Shown piece by piece: positions 61,908 through 64,000 of a stretch of 64,000 nucleotides of DNA; within the stretch, counting starts at the first letter, position 1, and every line of letters starts with the position of its first letter. A program made the position numbers and the translations under genes. The DNA lies in assembly GCA_963828195.1 (NCBI GenBank), contig CAWHDT010000008.1, positions 128,001-192,000 of the forward strand, given 5' to 3'. Under the pieces are notes generated by a model, which worked only from the letters and a program-made list of their open reading frames with translations, searched no databases and was not told the DNA's origin. Source of the DNA: Candidatus Bathyarchaeota archaeon (GTDB lineage Archaea > Thermoproteota > Bathyarchaeia > Bathyarchaeales > Bathycorpusculaceae).

Positions 61908-62144
61908 ATGGATTTTGGTGAAGCGTTAGAGTTCTCAAAAAAGTTTCGCACATGTCACCCCAAAGTATTCAAAGGCTTTACTGAGTGGGGCATTTACAAT
62001 AGTAAAAACGATGGTTATGTTGTCCTAACCGACGTAACGTTAGCCGATGAACCACTGCCTATCCAATTAGAAGAGTATGTTAAGATCCATAAGCTAAGGG
62101 TAGATCACTTCAGGGATCACTTGATTATTTCCAGTGTCTGTTAA
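61908..62144 (+). CDS. Hypothetical small protein
   Basis: 78-aa ORF with upstream TTTAAT box. Confidence 0.55.
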   Translation: MDFGEALEFSKKFRTCHPKVFKGFTEWGIYNSKNDGYVVLTDVTLADEPLPIQLEEYVKIHKLRVDHFRDHLIISSVC

Positions 62145-62390
62145 GTTCCCACATTTTGGGTTCAATCCTACTAGACACTTAAAGACTTTTTTCCAAGCCG
62201 ATTTTTGTCGGAATTCGATTTTAAGCCCTTATTTTTGAGCTCAAACCCAAACTTTCAATTTTTTAAAATGGTCGCCCGTGATTTCAAAAGGGGCCGGATC
62301 TTAAAAACGTGGCTTATCAGCAAAAGTACGAACTAAAAAAATAATGGAAAAATTGAGTTATTAAAATCTAAATGGTTTTTCGCGAGTCTC

Positions 62391-62516
62391 TTATAGTCCA
62401 TCTACTAGATGGGCTGTTCCGTCTGGGCAGTAGACACAATTACCTTTCTCAACGACAAGGTAACGCCTAGTGCACGGTTTCATTTGGGAGCATCCGTCGC
62501 AATCTCTTGATAACAT
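62391..62516 (-). CDS. 41-aa Cys-rich microprotein MLSRDCDGCSQMKPCTRRYLVVEKGNCVYCPDGTAHLVDGL
   Basis: AAAGGAGG RBS; paralog of 3012-3137. Confidence 0.85.
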   Translation of the reverse strand: MLSRDCDGCSQMKPCTRRYLVVEKGNCVYCPDGTAHLVDGL

Positions 62517-62785
62517 TTCTTTTCCTCCTTTGTTACTGTGACTTTCTATCAGGGCAAGTTGAACGCACGTTCGCTGAACCGGTAGCCACCTGTTCGCATA
62601 TGTTCTCTCTTGTCTCTGATGAAACTGCATAGCAATGACGAAGCATCTTTTAAACGTTATTGCGTTTGTTAAAGCAACTTTTATTATTCAAACCGAGGTG
62701 GCACAAAATTTTTTCGCGTCACAATCAGGTTTGGACAAAATCAAGTAAAATCAAGTTTATTATTTGGCAAAGTAAACTTTACTTG

Positions 62786-63151
62786 GTGGAGCCGTTGAAC
62801 AATTACATCATCATACTGGTGACAGCGAAAGATAAGCAGGAAGCTGAAAAAATAACTCAAGCGCTTGTGAGTGAACGTTTGATTGCCTGCGGAAACATCG
62901 TTTACCCAGTTACTTCCTTTTTTCATTGGATTGGCAAAATTGAAAAGGCAGAGGAATGCTTGATTGTTATGAAATCGCGTGCGGATCTGTTTGCGCAGGT
63001 TGCTGAGCACGTGAAGCGTCTGCATAGTTATGAGGTTCCGGAGGTTCTTGCGTTGCCTCTTGTCGATGCGTCGAAGGCTTACCTGGACTGGATGCAAGCT
63101 TCACTCAAACCTCAAGCTTCCCCCTTTTCAGCTACATCACATCAAATGTAA
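62786..63151 (+). CDS. cutA: Divalent-cation tolerance protein CutA
   Basis: LVSERLIACGN, S.F.W.GKIE...E and LHSYEVPE...YLDW motifs. Confidence 0.93.
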   Translation: MEPLNNYIIILVTAKDKQEAEKITQALVSERLIACGNIVYPVTSFFHWIGKIEKAEECLIVMKSRADLFAQVAEHVKRLHSYEVPEVLALPLVDASKAYLDWMQASLKPQASPFSATSHQM

Positions 63152-63309
63152 AATAAATTAGGCACATGTGTTTTGCATCGTTCTTTGTTTACTGAAAAAA
63201 TTGTATCTTTGACGGAACCTTAGATTAGTTGCATATGAGCAAGCGGGAGAACGAAAGCTTTAAATGGTTAGAGATTCCCGTTTTGGTTGAGGAAAGTTGA
63301 GGAGTAGTT

Positions 63310-64000
63310 ATGAAGGTTAAAGTTTGGAAGGTTTTAAGTTTAATAATTATTGCGATATTTGCGTTATCAACACTCAGCATGGTTCATGCCGCTGTCACAC
63401 AACTTCCAACACCACCCACCATATCTAGTGGGGGAGTTGGTGAATACTTAGCTTATGATTCTAGCTTAGGAGAGATATACTCAACTAACGGAGAATCAGC
63501 CAACACCGTCTCAGTAATATCGGACAGCTCAAGCACCCTTGTTACAACCGTAACCGTGGGAGTCGATCCGGTAGGCATAGCTTATGATGCAGGGAAAGGA
63601 GAAATGTTCGTAATTAATGATGAAAACTCCGGCTCCTCCGGCGTCAACAGTACTGTTTCAGTCATACAAGACAGTTCAAACAACGTTCTCGCAACCGTAA
63701 CAATAGGAATGGGCGCCCAGACAGGCATAGCTTATGACTCCAACAAAGGAGAAGTATTCGTAGCTAATGGCGATGGCACCGTTTCCGTCATATCGGACAG
63801 CTCAAACACTGTAGTTGCAACCGTGACCGTGGGAAACAGTCCGTGGGGAGTAGCCTACGATTCCGCAAAAAACGAAGTCTTCGTAACCAATGAGGCAGAC
63901 AGCTCTGTTTCAGTCATATCGGACAGCAATAACCAAGTGGGTGCAACCATAACAGGTTCAATTAGCGCTCCTGAAGGCATAGCCTTTGACTCTGCCAAGG
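63310..64000 (+). CDS. YncE/YVTN beta-propeller surface protein (3' truncated by window edge)
   Basis: ATG 63310 after GGAG; signal peptide; repeats of P.GIAYD..KGE.FV...TVSVISDSSN; paralog of 13201-14322. Confidence 0.85.
   Translation, partial: MKVKVWKVLSLIIIAIFALSTLSMVHAAVTQLPTPPTISSGGVGEYLAYDSSLGEIYSTNGESANTVSVISDSSSTLVTTVTVGVDPVGIAYDAGKGEMFVINDENSGSSGVNSTVSVIQDSSNNVLATVTIGMGAQTGIAYDSNKGEVFVANGDGTVSVISDSSNTVVATVTVGNSPWGVAYDSAKNEVFVTNEADSSVSVISDSNNQVGATITGSISAPEGIAFDSAK

Noticed and set aside
62155-62178. GGGTTCAATCCTAC resembling the tRNA-Arg T-arm (possible attR)
   Set aside because: The match is short and includes a gap and a mismatch, and there is no integrase between it and the tRNA.

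Overview
Archaeal chromosomal window, most likely Bathyarchaeia. This is inferred from archaeal pheST/trpS/map, mch, citG, a lone 5S rRNA, PQQ-type beta-propeller surface proteins and ArnR1-like wHTHs. Housekeeping genes (amt, pheS, pheT, trpS, map, mch, katG, cutA, LipS1-like radical SAM, 5S rRNA, tRNA-Ile, tRNA-Arg) are interspersed with accessory DNA: a type IIG restriction-modification fusion, four toxin-antitoxin loci (two decayed) and many unannotated Cys-rich microproteins. The strongest discovery is a complete 3,841-bp IS6-family element (32229-36069) with perfect 20-bp terminal inverted repeats and an 8-bp target duplication. It carries about six passenger genes, including a restriction-type nuclease and an AbrB regulator with an operator-like palindrome. 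Other candidates: a three-copy non-coding REP-like hairpin family; two paralogous 41-aa MLSRDCDGC microproteins, one behind a long hairpin leader; citG next to three paralogous nucleotidyltransferases and mch; a divergent RHH-like pair with TGAAAC boxes; and a 10-bp-phased repeat array upstream of the 5S rRNA. All functional calls come from motif recognition by eye; no database searches were run.
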